Assembly: GCA_002269645.1 (NCBI GenBank)
Contig: NIVC01001238.1
Coordinates: 124,001-188,000, forward strand
DNA length: 64,000 nt
Reading direction: 5' to 3'
From: Macrostomum lignano
Lineage: Eukaryota
The notes beneath the pieces were generated by a model. The model was given only the letters and a program-made list of their open reading frames with translations, had not been told where the DNA came from and ran no database searches. How positions within the stretch are numbered: the stretch's first letter is position 1; the number at the start of each line of letters is the position of its first letter. The position numbers and the translations under genes are program-made. Positions 49,090 to 59,700 of this stretch are shown here, piece after piece.

Positions 49090-51237
49090 CAACAACAACA
49101 ACAAAATACGCTGTCAGGATGGCAAAAGTCTGCGTCACAGGGCGCGCTTCATGGCTTGGGCGCGAACAAAGGCCGCGCCACCGGCAGTGTCCGGGGCGCC
49201 GGCGTCAGCCAGCAGACAGTCGACATAACGCCGAGTTCGCGCTTGACCTCGCCGGTAGGGTGCCTGCAGCGTGAGCAGCAGCACCTCCTGCACCAGCTGT
49301 GGGCAGTACGACTCGGCGCGGATGAGATGGCCTGCGAGCTGGAGTCGCCGACGGCGCAGTAGATCACTTGGACGTGGCAGGCCAGCGCGGCGATAGAGTG
49401 CCGCGTTGGTGACTCGCTCGACGCCGATGTTGAAGGCGGCGCGCAGCAGGCCAGCGTGCGCCGCATCGACTTGCTGTTCGAGTGAGTCCGTCAGCGTCCA
49501 GGTCTCGGCGTTGTACAACAGGACGGTCTCGATTACCGCCTGGAACAGTGCCGCCCTCTGGCGGTCCGGTAGGGCCTCGGACTGCAGGACTGCCCTCACA
49601 GAACGAAAGGCAGCCCAGGCAAGCCCGCGGCGGCGTCGCAGGTCCTCGCGAGCTTCTGGAACCAGACCGCCGAGGTAGACGAACTGCTGACATCGCGGGA
49701 GTTCGGTCGCCTGCCCGTCAGCGCCTCGGCAGAATATTGCAGCCTCGATGTCGTCCGGCACGCAGAGCACAACGGTCTTCTGCGTGTTGACCACCAGGCC
49801 GACACTCGCCGCAACGGCAACTAGCCTGTCCAGCTGCCGTTGGGCGCCCTCGACGGTCGAGGACAGCAGGGCGAGGTCGTCGGCGTAGCCAAGCACGCTG
49901 AGCCGCTTCTCCGGTTGACGTCGACCCACGCGTCGCTGCAGCAGAAAACCATCGTCGTCGGTAGGAAGAGCAGTCCGCAGCACCCAGTCAAGCACCAGGA
50001 CGAACAGGAACGGCGCCAGCGTATCTCCCTGAAGTACTCCGGAGGATGTCTCAAAGGAGTCCGATAGGCCATCCGGTGTTGTCACAGCAGCTGTCGTATC
50101 ACGGTACATCGCCATGATGGCGGAGATCAGCTGCTTAGGCACGTTGTACGCACGGAGCACCATTGGAAGCACGGCTCTGACAACCGAGTCGATTGAAATC
50201 AATAAAGATTAGAATCAGGATCGACTGGCGAATCCGCGCCTCCTCGATGACTCGGCGAAGAGCCAGGATCTGCGCCACTGTGCCGCGAAGGGGCCGGAAC
50301 CCGTTCTGCTCTGGGCGCAGGTACGGATCCAGCACGGGCTGCAACCGCGAAAGCAGCATCCGGTTGAACAGCTTCGCTGCACAGGACTGAAGGCAGATGT
50401 CTCGATGGTCTTCAAGCCTAGTGGTGCCCGGCTTCTTTGGAACAGCGACGATGTGCGCCGTGGTCCATTTGTTGGGCGCCGCCTCACCGAAGAGCACGCG
50501 GTTCATCACTCTGGCGACCTCAGCGGCCACACAGGGGATGCGCAGCGCCTCGATGGGCACCTCGTCCGGACCCAGCGCTTTCCCGCCCGGTGACTGCTGG
50601 GCGAGCTTGACAACGTCGGCTGCGTTGACTGGGGCTACGCTGAAACTCTCCTCTGCCGGCAACGGCGTCTCCGGCGGCAGCGTCAGACTGTCTGGCAGCG
50701 GGGGTGGCGGCGCGTTAACGATGGCGGCGAAGAACTCGCGCAGCTCAGCGTTCCTGCGCTCGTCCGGAGTGTCACAGCCAGGTTCAGCGGATTGCGCCGC
50801 TTTCGCCCCGTCAGAGCGTTGATGGCGGACCAGGCCACGCGCCCTCTGGCATCGGGCCCAGCGGCAGAGACAGCCTGAATGGCGTCATCGACAGCCGCTT
50901 GTTGGCGCTGCAGGTAGACAGCCGCCAGAGCTGCCTCTGCCTCGCGGGTTGGTCGCCTGCTCAAGCGGAGCCTCTCCAGATCTTCCCTCGCTGCCTGAAT
51001 CGCAGGGTCGTCCTGCCAGACCGGCTGTCCACGTTGAGCCGGTTGCATCATCGGGACTGCTTGCTCCGCGGCGGTTCTGACTGCAGCGCACTCTTCCGCA
51101 TACTCGGCACTTCCACGCTTGTCGCCCAGCGCGGTGTTAAAGGCGCTAGCAAAGCGACGCTGCGTATCGGTGGCTCTGAGTGCGCGGTAGTAGCGCCGCG
51201 GTGGCCGCTTCGGCGGACGGTAGAGCGGATCGCGAAG
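49090..51237 (-). mobile_element. 5'-truncated RTE-like LINE with a (TTG)n tail and 7-bp TSD GTACTTA
   Basis: RT motifs GPDEVPIE, QNGFRP.RGT, GVLQGDTLAPFLF, YADDL, FVYLG; (CAA)n at 49090-49104; TSD at 49083-89 and 51238-44; frameshifted. Confidence 0.88.
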
Positions 51238-51506
51238 GTACTTAGCTATCTTGAAAAACCCCAGAGACCAGCTGCAGATTTCAGCACTGGGCAGGCAGTG
51301 CTTTACAGAGAAGCCCGGCTTTCTGCTGTCAGTGTTCAAGCACGTGACCGCGCAGAACAGGGGAGCTTACCTGTTCCTAGACTTTCACCGATCAACTCCC
51401 GATGAGCTGCGAGTGCGGGCCAGAATTCTGCCCAACCAGCGACCCCATCTTGTATTTGCTTAAGAAAGTGAAGCTTGTTTTTTTATCAGCTATTGTTTTC
51501 ATCGCT

Positions 51507-51857
51507 ATGGAAGTGCTTGATTCACATGCAAGTCTTTTTGCGGTTCTTGCGTCACCTAAATTTACCGTGCGCTTCAAGCGACTGTTGATAAAAAATTGTC
51601 CAAAACAAGTGCGTTGTTTTCTTGTCGAGGCCTGCCATAATCTCATACAAAACAATCTGTCGTTTTCGCTCGATGAAAAAGCTGTTCTTGCAAAGTCAAA
51701 AGAGATAATTCGAAAAATTACTCACAAAAGAAGAAAGACAAACTTGTTGAAGGCTGGCTTCATTAAAATACTCCTGATTCTGCTTAAGCTGGTAAAGAAG
51801 AAGAAGCAAAATGAACAAATTTTCAGAAATGGTTCTGATTCCCAAAGCAGAGTATGA
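51507..51857 (+). CDS. Conserved Maverick-type basic ORF with an amphipathic C-terminal segment (KAGFIKILLILLKLVKKKK)
   Basis: LIKNC......LVEACHNLIQNNL.....EK..L.K.K.IIRKI resembles a small Polinton virion ORF as recalled; function not established. Confidence 0.55.
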   Translation: MEVLDSHASLFAVLASPKFTVRFKRLLIKNCPKQVRCFLVEACHNLIQNNLSFSLDEKAVLAKSKEIIRKITHKRRKTNLLKAGFIKILLILLKLVKKKKQNEQIFRNGSDSQSRV

Positions 51858-52560
51858 GATGTTGATGCAGAATTTGAAGCCGAATGAGAATAGCACTGAC
51901 GCTAACTTGAAGCAGGCTCAGAAGAAATGCGATGATATCTTGTAGTGTGCTTTGTGGGCGGCCGTAGGCCGCGTACAAAGTGTGTTAGGGGTGGCGGGGT
52001 GGCGTCTGCGTTGGGGGGGGGGGGGGTTGTCGCGGGGCAGCTAGCTTTTAACCCCCAACTTGTGCTCTGCTCGCGGTGTCCAAAGTTTGCTGGCCAAACG
52101 CAAGCACGCTGGAAAAGAAGGAGCACGCAATATTGAAGCCAAGTTGATGAAAACAGAGACACCACAGATGAGCACCTGGGAAGAGAAGATCAGCAAGTCG
52201 GTGCCACAGAAATTCAAAACCAGGGCTCGCAGTCTATGGACGATCGTATCCACCAATCCAGAGCTGATTCGAGTTTGTGAAAACGAGGAGGTGGATACAT
52301 ACTGGACTTGATTCAGCACACAGTGAGGGATTCGCCATGTGCGCGTGAACCAGTTGGCTGGAATGAGTTCATCGATTTGCTGCAGCAGAAAAAGCTTAAT
52401 GTTCCGCTTTCCGCTGTTGGTAAATCAGTTAAAAAGAAAATGGCAACCAGCAGAGGGAGTGAACTGGAGAAAGAACAGGCGAGTCTAGTCAAGGGGTACG
52501 GGAGCAACACAGCCTGGCTGAAACTGCCCGGAAGAAAAGTAAATATAAGAAGGTGGACTG
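51811..52560 (+). pseudogene. Conserved Maverick-type ORF of unknown function, interrupted by a 147-bp insertion and a frameshift
   Basis: MVLIPKAEY start; ISKSVPQKFKTRARSL; DLIQH..R..PVGWNEF..LL....NVPLSAVG. Removing 51943-52089 restores DDILLAKRKH in frame. Confidence 0.6.
51943..52089 (-). mobile_element. 147-bp non-autonomous insertion with a subterminal hairpin (Helitron/Helentron-like)
   Basis: TTG on both sides; stem ctttgtgggcggcc-gta-ggccgcgtacaaag a few nt from one end; no TIRs. Confidence 0.45.
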
Positions 52561-52589
52561 ACTCCGAAATTTCTAGGGAAAGCTGCATC

Positions 52590-53063
52590 ATGAACTACAT
52601 TGACTTCCAAGGATTCCCGTGCAACAGCACAAGCAAAAATTTGTTGTGAAAGAGTTGGCAGTTGTTCAAGTCAGAGCGGGAAGCTACCGAATTGCTCACC
52701 ATGTGTACGCACCTCCGTATCCATGGGAGAGAGTCTCCCCTGACATGCGAGTTTGCTACAGACAGCTATCAAAGAGTGTGCACCAGTTTAAGTGGAACGA
52801 TGGAACCCGTCCGTACATGGAACTGGCGGAAGACATTCTGAGGATTGCCAGTGGTCCGATCTGGACAAATGGGGAAAGGAAGTCTATTTTCCTGACTGAG
52901 CTGCTTGGTAGACAGGTTTATAACCTAGAAGATTTGGGAGCACCCTCGACTGAAGATTCAGATACTGGCTGCGCAGTGAGAAATTCATTGCTGCACTACA
53001 GTTGGCTTAAGCCAAAGTTCTGCATCAACTTAAGAAGCGAGCAGTGTCCGTGGCACAGGGGCA
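52590..53063 (+). pseudogene. Maverick-type ORF with D-x-Q-G-F motif, putative DEDD/DnaQ-like nuclease; frameshift in an A-run near 52635
   Basis: MNYIDFQGF + FVVKELAV, PPYPW, H..KWNDG..PY, VYNLEDLG.P, C.WH. Fold assignment is inference. Confidence 0.5.
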
Positions 53064-53105
53064 GTGAATTTGGCAGAAGATTTGGTGAAGAAGTCAAGGA
53101 TCGAA

Positions 53106-53693
53106 ATGAGTCCACCTGCAGCTACAGCCCTAAGAGTGACCAATCTGGTTGGCGGAGTGGATCTGAGACTGGATGGTGGCAGGGGCGCCCAGCTGCCTCT
53201 ACGGGAACTGGCTCTCAGCATGGCTCATGTGATCTACCGGCCCGTCTGGCCCCGGGTGCTCATCAAGCGGATGCGGAGTCCCAGAGTGACTCTGCTACTC
53301 TACCCTACTGGACAACTGAGCATCTGTGGCGCCAAGACCCAGACCGCAGACGCCAAAAGGGCTGCCCGTCGCTCCGTGGCTATGCTGCATCGGAGAGTGC
53401 CGGATCAACTGCTGCCTCATTAAACAATTTGTGTTCGAATTAAAACTATTACTGCTCATGGACGTTTTAAGCTCCAAAATGCGCTACCGCTTACTGAACT
53501 TGTTAAAGTTTTGCCCAAAGCCCAGTATGAACCAGAAACATTTTCAGCTTTAGTTTGTCAACTTAACTATTGTAAATGCTTGCTTTTTCATAATGCTTCT
53601 TATATTCTAAGTGGGGCGAAATCTCTGCGTATGCTAAAATTCGACAGTTCTTCCCTGTTTCGCTCTGTTAACACACTTATGCAACTAAAATAA
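53106..53693 (+). pseudogene. TATA-binding protein (TBP)-like gene with both core repeats; one in-frame TAA at 53421-53423
   Basis: Repeat 1 RVTNLVGGVDL..LPLRELALSMAHVIYRPVWPRVLIKRMRSPRVTLLLYPTGQLSICGAK..AKRAARR parallels TBP [59 protein letters not shown]. Repeat 2 LPLTELV..AQYEPETFSALV...LLFHNASYILSGAKS parallels SSYEPELFPGLI..LLIFVSGKVVLTGAK and lies in the same frame. Confidence 0.85.
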
Positions 53694-56600
53694 AGCACAA
53701 TAATTATCCGTCTTTAATCTTCCGACAAGAACTAGCAGAAAAAAAACTTTAATATGCCTTGTTTACTAGTTTTATTTTTTGGTTACAAAAGATGCTAAAA
53801 AAATTGTCAGCAAACTGCAACACAGCGAAAATTAATACTAATATTAAAAGAACATAGGAAAAGAAAGAAAATGAAAATGCTAACACTCATAAAAGTTAAG
53901 CAAGTTTTGAAAAAGCAATGGCACGTTAAAGAAAAGTACTATAGCATTTATGCGGACAACATGTACATTGCGTTCCAAAAACCAAAATGCAAAGCTGAGC
54001 AAATGCTCAATTCAAAGTACGCACTAGTCAAATGTATGCTATTGCATCCTCATTTGCTTGGGAGCCTGATCAGCAGCTAGTTGAGGTGCTTCTCGATTGT
54101 AACGGCGGCAGCTGTGGCGGCAGGGGTCTCTTAGAGCAAAGTGCCCATACGGAAGACTTTGGTTTGGGGAAGTCCACGCACGCTTGTCCTCCCATACAGT
54201 CAGGGCACGCTTCTGTTGCTCTAAAGTGACTACTCTGTGTCGTCGGCTAGCGATTCTGCGTGTCAAGACGCGAAGCTCCTTCAAACTGGCAAACGCCTGC
54301 ATGTAGTCATCGTGTGTGATTTCTGCCCGCAGCACACTCTTCTGAAAACCTTTGGCTGTCTTCTTCCCTCCAGACTCGGCCTTCATCGAGTATAGTTTTG
54401 GTCTCAAAAGGATCCATTCACGATGGGGGTTGCCTGCAGATTCGTCCTTTATGCAGCCTAACTTGGCTTTTAGATCATCGGATCGGAATTGATGGTCGGC
54501 CGGGAAGTTTGAGGTATCTAGCAATCGCTGGCGAATGAGTTCTGGTAGAACAGCACTCTGAACATCGATGTTTTTAAAGCACAGAAAGAAGGAATCGGTG
54601 TCCCCACTGCATAGGGAAACTCCTTGTTGGAGAGCAAGATTCTCAAATGTTGGCTTTAGCTTTTCATAGTACAATCGGTACATCGCCAGCTTAGAGTCAT
54701 CTAAAACACATTGACCAACGTAGATTGGGCGGTCAAGAGTGACTGATGTCTTGAAAAATTGAAAAACTACTAAGTCTTGAGTCACAATCGTAAAGTCCTT
54801 AAGATTCGGACGCGATGAATAGATTTCGGACTGCTCCTCGTTGTTAGAAATTCGAACACTGAGCCTCTTCCGTACGTTTTCCATCGTTTTGCCGAACAGG
54901 GAGTTATTCTTCAGTTTGTAATAGTCTTTTTCGAATTCCGTTGTAGCCACTGAGCGCTTTTTGCTGTTTCTGTCAATGTAGGCTTGGAAAATTGCAGCTT
55001 GACAAAATCGAATAGCTCTTCGGACCTTTTTTAGTCGCATACCGTGACGCAAGTAGAACTTCAAAATTCAGAAATACACGACGTAGGATTCCTTGTCATG
55101 ACATGTGAGTAAAAGTTTCACACAGCCTTTGTACGGCTCGTTGCGAGTGTTCAATTCGCCCCAAAGACGTTTCATGAATGGCGGAAACTCTTCGAGCTTA
55201 GGCGCGGCCTTCTCGGGGGCAAATGGCAAATCTTGTGTCTGCGTGTGGATTACATCTGGATATTCCAGATCAACCTCAAATAGGTAGCCAACTGGACCAT
55301 CGTCATCCAATTTAAGTAGCTTCTCTTCTGTCCATTCACACAGTTCTTCTTCACTAAGCCACTCAAAGTCACTGACGGGTCGTTTTTCGGACAGCGCTTG
55401 CCCGTAGAGATTATTCATGTCTACGGGGAGCAAAGAATTTGTCTCGGCATTGGAAGCTGCGCTTGATGAATCTGCACCATCTGACGACTGGTGACTGGTG
55501 ACTGGTCTGGCAGTAACATGATGAAACGAAACGATTCCTCCACGAATGCCAAGCTCAAAGAGTCTGTACTTCTCAGCATCGTCGAGCAACTGGAGCGGTG
55601 TTGGCGCGGATTTCAGCGCGGAATCAAATGATAGACCTGGTGTAGTAAAGTAGTGGGCCGGGTCAAGACCGTCATCATGGAGACTCAAACGGCGAAAGTT
55701 CTGAAAAACATCGGCAAGTTGACGGATGTCAAGCTGCAGGTAGGCAAGCATGTAGTCGTGCAAATTTTTGCTTCGATCTGCTCCCAGGCTTTGCGCGCAT
55801 GAGCATAGCTCTCCTCACTGCAAGCTGTCTTTGTCAGAGAGTTGAAAAACTCTTCTCTGCTCGGAAGTTCGGTCACTGCCAAATTCGCGGGGGATTTGAC
55901 GAAATCATAGGGAAAGACTCCCTTGATAGACAAAGTTTCATTAGTTAACTTTGGAAAGCAGCTTTTCATTTGCTGAGTGAATTTTCTGTCCTGGAGAGGT
56001 AAGTTGCGAATCAGTTTGTCTAGACCCGCGTTTAAAAACTAGAATGAATCGAGGAACTGCAGAGTGAAGAAAATTGTTTTCTTTTTGCCTTTCGGTAGAG
56101 TGATTTCGGCGATTGGGAAATCTACTCGAAGAGACACATAGCGTTCAGAAGTCTGAAGAATGACACTCAGCTTCCAGTTGTTCATATTTCCTAACGCTGT
56201 TGAAAACAGGAGGTGCATGTCATAATTTCGGAGATTATGGAAGAAAATCGGCAGAAATCTTCGGCGAAGTTGCGCTAATTTGTTACACCGTGAACATGCG
56301 GCGCCTTTGAATTTTCCAGTCAGATGATCATGATCATAGTGCTTGTCATTAGTGTCAGTAAACTGTCGATCACAGTAATGACAGTTGGAGGATTCACTGA
56401 AGATTTGACTAGCAGTAGTGTCTGCTTCAGCCGTTTGGTAGCTGTGCCTTCTGTTCCATTCATAGACTTCTCGAGCCACGCGTTCCGGCTCATGAAGAAA
56501 CGTTTCCATACACTCGAATGGATTCGAACTGGAGACCAACTTCACCTGACCTTGATCCTTGAGTGGTGGTCCCTTCATGCCTTCACGAGCAACGAGTAGA

Positions 56601-56700
56601 AATCCACCCGCTGCAGGCAGATGCTCGGTAATAAAGACAGTTTTGCCAGTTACCATGCCCTCATCTGGTCTTGCTTGTACATGACTGCTGCTGCTGCTGC

Positions 56701-59700
56701 TTCTTCTTTTTTTCTTCTTCTTCGGGGCGCCTCCGTTCCGGCTAGGCCGATCTGGAGGGGGGCGTGGACCCCGAGGGGAGCCGCCCCATGCTGCGTAGTA
56801 GTCTGACGATGGCCTCCGGGGACCCCATCAGGTCGCTCGGGACCAGGCCGCTTCTGCTCCGGAAGTGGTCGCCGCGGGGGCAGTGGAGGAGCAGATGCTC
56901 AGCCGAGTCCTCCGCGCCGCAATCGGGGCAGGCGGGGGACTGTTCCAAGCCCAGGCAGTGTCTGGTGCTAAAATTGATGGTGCTGGCGCCGGACCGGAGC
57001 TGGTTTACCAGGACCTGGAGGCGTCTGGGGAGGCTGGTCGGCGGCTGCAGTCTCGGCGGCAGGACTCTGGCGTCTAGCATTCTGCGAGAGCGACGAGCGG
57101 CTGCCCTTGCCGCGTCAAGCTCGATCGGCACCGCCTGTTGGTCGAGCCCGGCCGCGTTGGCGGCGGCGCGGTCGGCCGCCTCGTTGCCGGCAACCCCGCA
57201 GTGGGATGGCACCCAAGCGAAGTGAACAGGGCGGTCCATGGCGATCAGGTTGAGGAGTTTACTCCAGCAGTCCGCGGCAACTGAGTTTTGCTGGCACAGG
57301 GGTCCGGCGCTGAGCGCCTGGATGGCGCGAAGGCTGTCCGTGGCGATAGTTATGGCGCCCGTGGGCGGCGCCGGGTAGTGGGCGATGTCTAAGGCCTCCC
57401 TGATGGCGCAGAGTTCTGTGGTAAAGCTGCTGCAGAGCGCACCAGCCGCGACGAGGCGGGCGTCGTCGTCCGGTAGCCACTGGGCGATCGCCGCTCCGCC
57501 TCCGTTCGTGAAACCGCCAGCCGCGGATCCGTCCGTCCAGATGACGTGTCCGGAGGTCTCCAGTGGGCCGACGATTTGCCTGGCGATGTTGGCTTTCATG
57601 GCCGCCGGCATGTCGCGGCTGATAACCTTGCTGAGCGAGACATCGAACTGGACGCGGCCGGCCTCGGCCACTTCCCACGGTGGGGGACCGAGGGGTCGGT
57701 GGGCCCGGGGCGTCCTGTCCAATACCTCGCGACAATCCAGCTCCCGCGCCGCGCGCCTCCAGCAGCCGCGGAATTGACGACGGGCGTCGAGGTCCCTGTC
57801 CGGGAGGCGCTGATTGACCCCCTCTGCCTGGTTCTGCCGGTTGGCGGCTTCGAAGGCGCGGTTTTTGAGGCGCGGGGTGGTGACCGCTGTCGCGATGCTC
57901 TGCGATGGCGATCCGTCCGGGAGGCGAGCCATCCGCTCTCTCAGCGTGCACGCGCGTTCGATGGCAACGTGGCTGAGGGGCGGCAGCTCGGCGATGCTAA
58001 GGAGATTTTCAGTGCGGGCCGTGGATATGCAGCCAGTAATCAGGCGCGCGCATGCGTTCTGCTGGCGCTCGACTAGGAGCCTGGTGCTCGGTGCCGCTCC
58101 CGCAAGCCATACGCCGCTGCCGTAGTCCGCCACAGCTCGGATAGTGGCAACGTAAACGGTGCGGAGGATGCTCTGCGTCGCACCCGTTTGCCGGTGTGCG
58201 ATGGCCTGCAGTGGGCGTCTTCTGGCAGCCATGCGGCGACGGATATCTTTGGCGTGCTCCGCGAACCCAAGGTGGTCGTCGAACTTAACGCCGAGGAAGA
58301 CGGGGTTGGACTCGAAACGAAACTCGCTGCCGCCGATGCTGAGTTCGACTCTGGTCTTGCCGCGGTTCTCGTTGGGGCACAGCGTGAAAGTACTGTAACT
58401 GCACTTCCCAGTGCTGAGCACGACCTTGTTCTGGTCGCACCAGCGGGCCACGGAGTCCAGAGCCGGTTGCACGATGTGCCCGCAGCTTTCGAGGTCCGTA
58501 TGGCGCGCTAGGATGGCCGAGTCGTCGGCATACAGACTAATCTCGGCTTCCGGCGATGCTTCCGCGATGGCAGTTGGCAGGTCGTTAACGTAGACCAGCC
58601 AGAGCAGAGGGGCGATCACCGAGCCTTGGGGCAGGCCTTCCCGGAAGATGCGCTCTCTGCTGAGGCTATTGCCGAATCGGACGCGCGCTCTCCTGTCGCT
58701 GAGGAAGCTGTTGGTCCAGCGCAGGACGCAGGCGGGGACTCCCAGCTTCTCGAGCTTGCAGATCAGGGACTTCCGCCACACCTTGTCATAGGCTCTGCTG
58801 AAGTCGAGTAAACAGAGGATCGCTCTAAGCGCAGGAGTCTCTTCCAGCCCATCGAAGATAAGCTGGGCGATGCGGGCGATCTGCTCTTCGCACGAGCGTC
58901 CTTTGCGGAAACCAGCTTGGACTTTGCTGAGAGTGCCCTTGGATTCCAGCAGGAAGTTCAGCCTTTGGTGCGCCAGCCGTTCCGCGACCTTGGCAATGCA
59001 ACTGGTGAGGGCGACGGGGCGATACGAACCCGGGTCGTCAGCCGGTTTGCCGCGTTTCGGGATCGGGATGATAATCGCCCTGCGCCACTGGTGGGGGCAG
59101 TGTCCGCTGAGCCAGGCCTTGTTGATCAGGTCAAGTAGTCGCTGCTCGGTCCGTTCGGGGAGACGCTTGAGCATCTCGTTGGACACTCCGTCCGAGCCGG
59201 GGCTCTTTCTGGATTTCAGCGACCTCATGGCCTGCTTAAGTTCCACGGCGGAGAAGGCGCCACAGATCTGCTGCTTGTGGTCGGGCTCGCAGCAGCGCGC
59301 TTTGGTGGCGGCGTAGGCACACCTGTTGACCCCGCGATCCGACCTCCTGCGCTCCACGCGAGACACGTCCGCGTGCAGGGTGCAGAAGGCATCCGCTTTC
59401 CCCTTGTCCGTGACCGCAGTCCTCTGCCGGCGGCATCTGATCTCATCGGCCGGGATGACAAGGGCCGCGTTGGGGGGGGGGGCGGCGGGGGCTCGCCCCG
59501 CATCGCCCGGGCCAGGCCGAAGAGGTCGCTGTTGACGGACAACTCCGCGACTCGTTCGTCCCAGAAGCGGAGCTTCTCGACCTTGATCGTCTCATCGGCG
59601 CGGCGTCTGGCGAGGTGGTACGCCGAGATGTCCTCCACCGTCTTGGTCTGCTCGGCCTTTTTCCGCGCGGCGCTGCACTGGTTGCAAGCGGCGGCACACG

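Larger units (their letters stand above)
48278..51463 (+). pseudogene. FtsK/A32-like genome-packaging ATPase in three pieces (48278-48479, 48863-49089, 51245-51463)
   Basis: Walker A GPTNAGKTT, Walker B LVVFDDL, TQNIF..GK.SRT.SLN, KNPRDQLQISALGRQ, LDFHRSTPDELRVR; split by a solo LTR and a LINE. Confidence 0.92.

Noticed and set aside
52619-53443. 274-aa ORF overlapping TBP repeat 1 in another frame
   Set aside because: Only the first ~145 codons carry family motifs; the rest is run-on after a probable frameshift near 53060.
45261-56100. Stop-codon reassignment or programmed read-through in the Maverick genes
   Set aside because: All three stop types occur (TGA, TAA, TAG), mostly explicable as C-to-T changes, alongside frameshifts and TE insertions; decay is simpler.
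56270-56370. Endonuclease-VII-like zinc motif within pPolB as a novelty
   Set aside because: Already described for a major group of Maverick/adintovirus PolBs; used only for classification.
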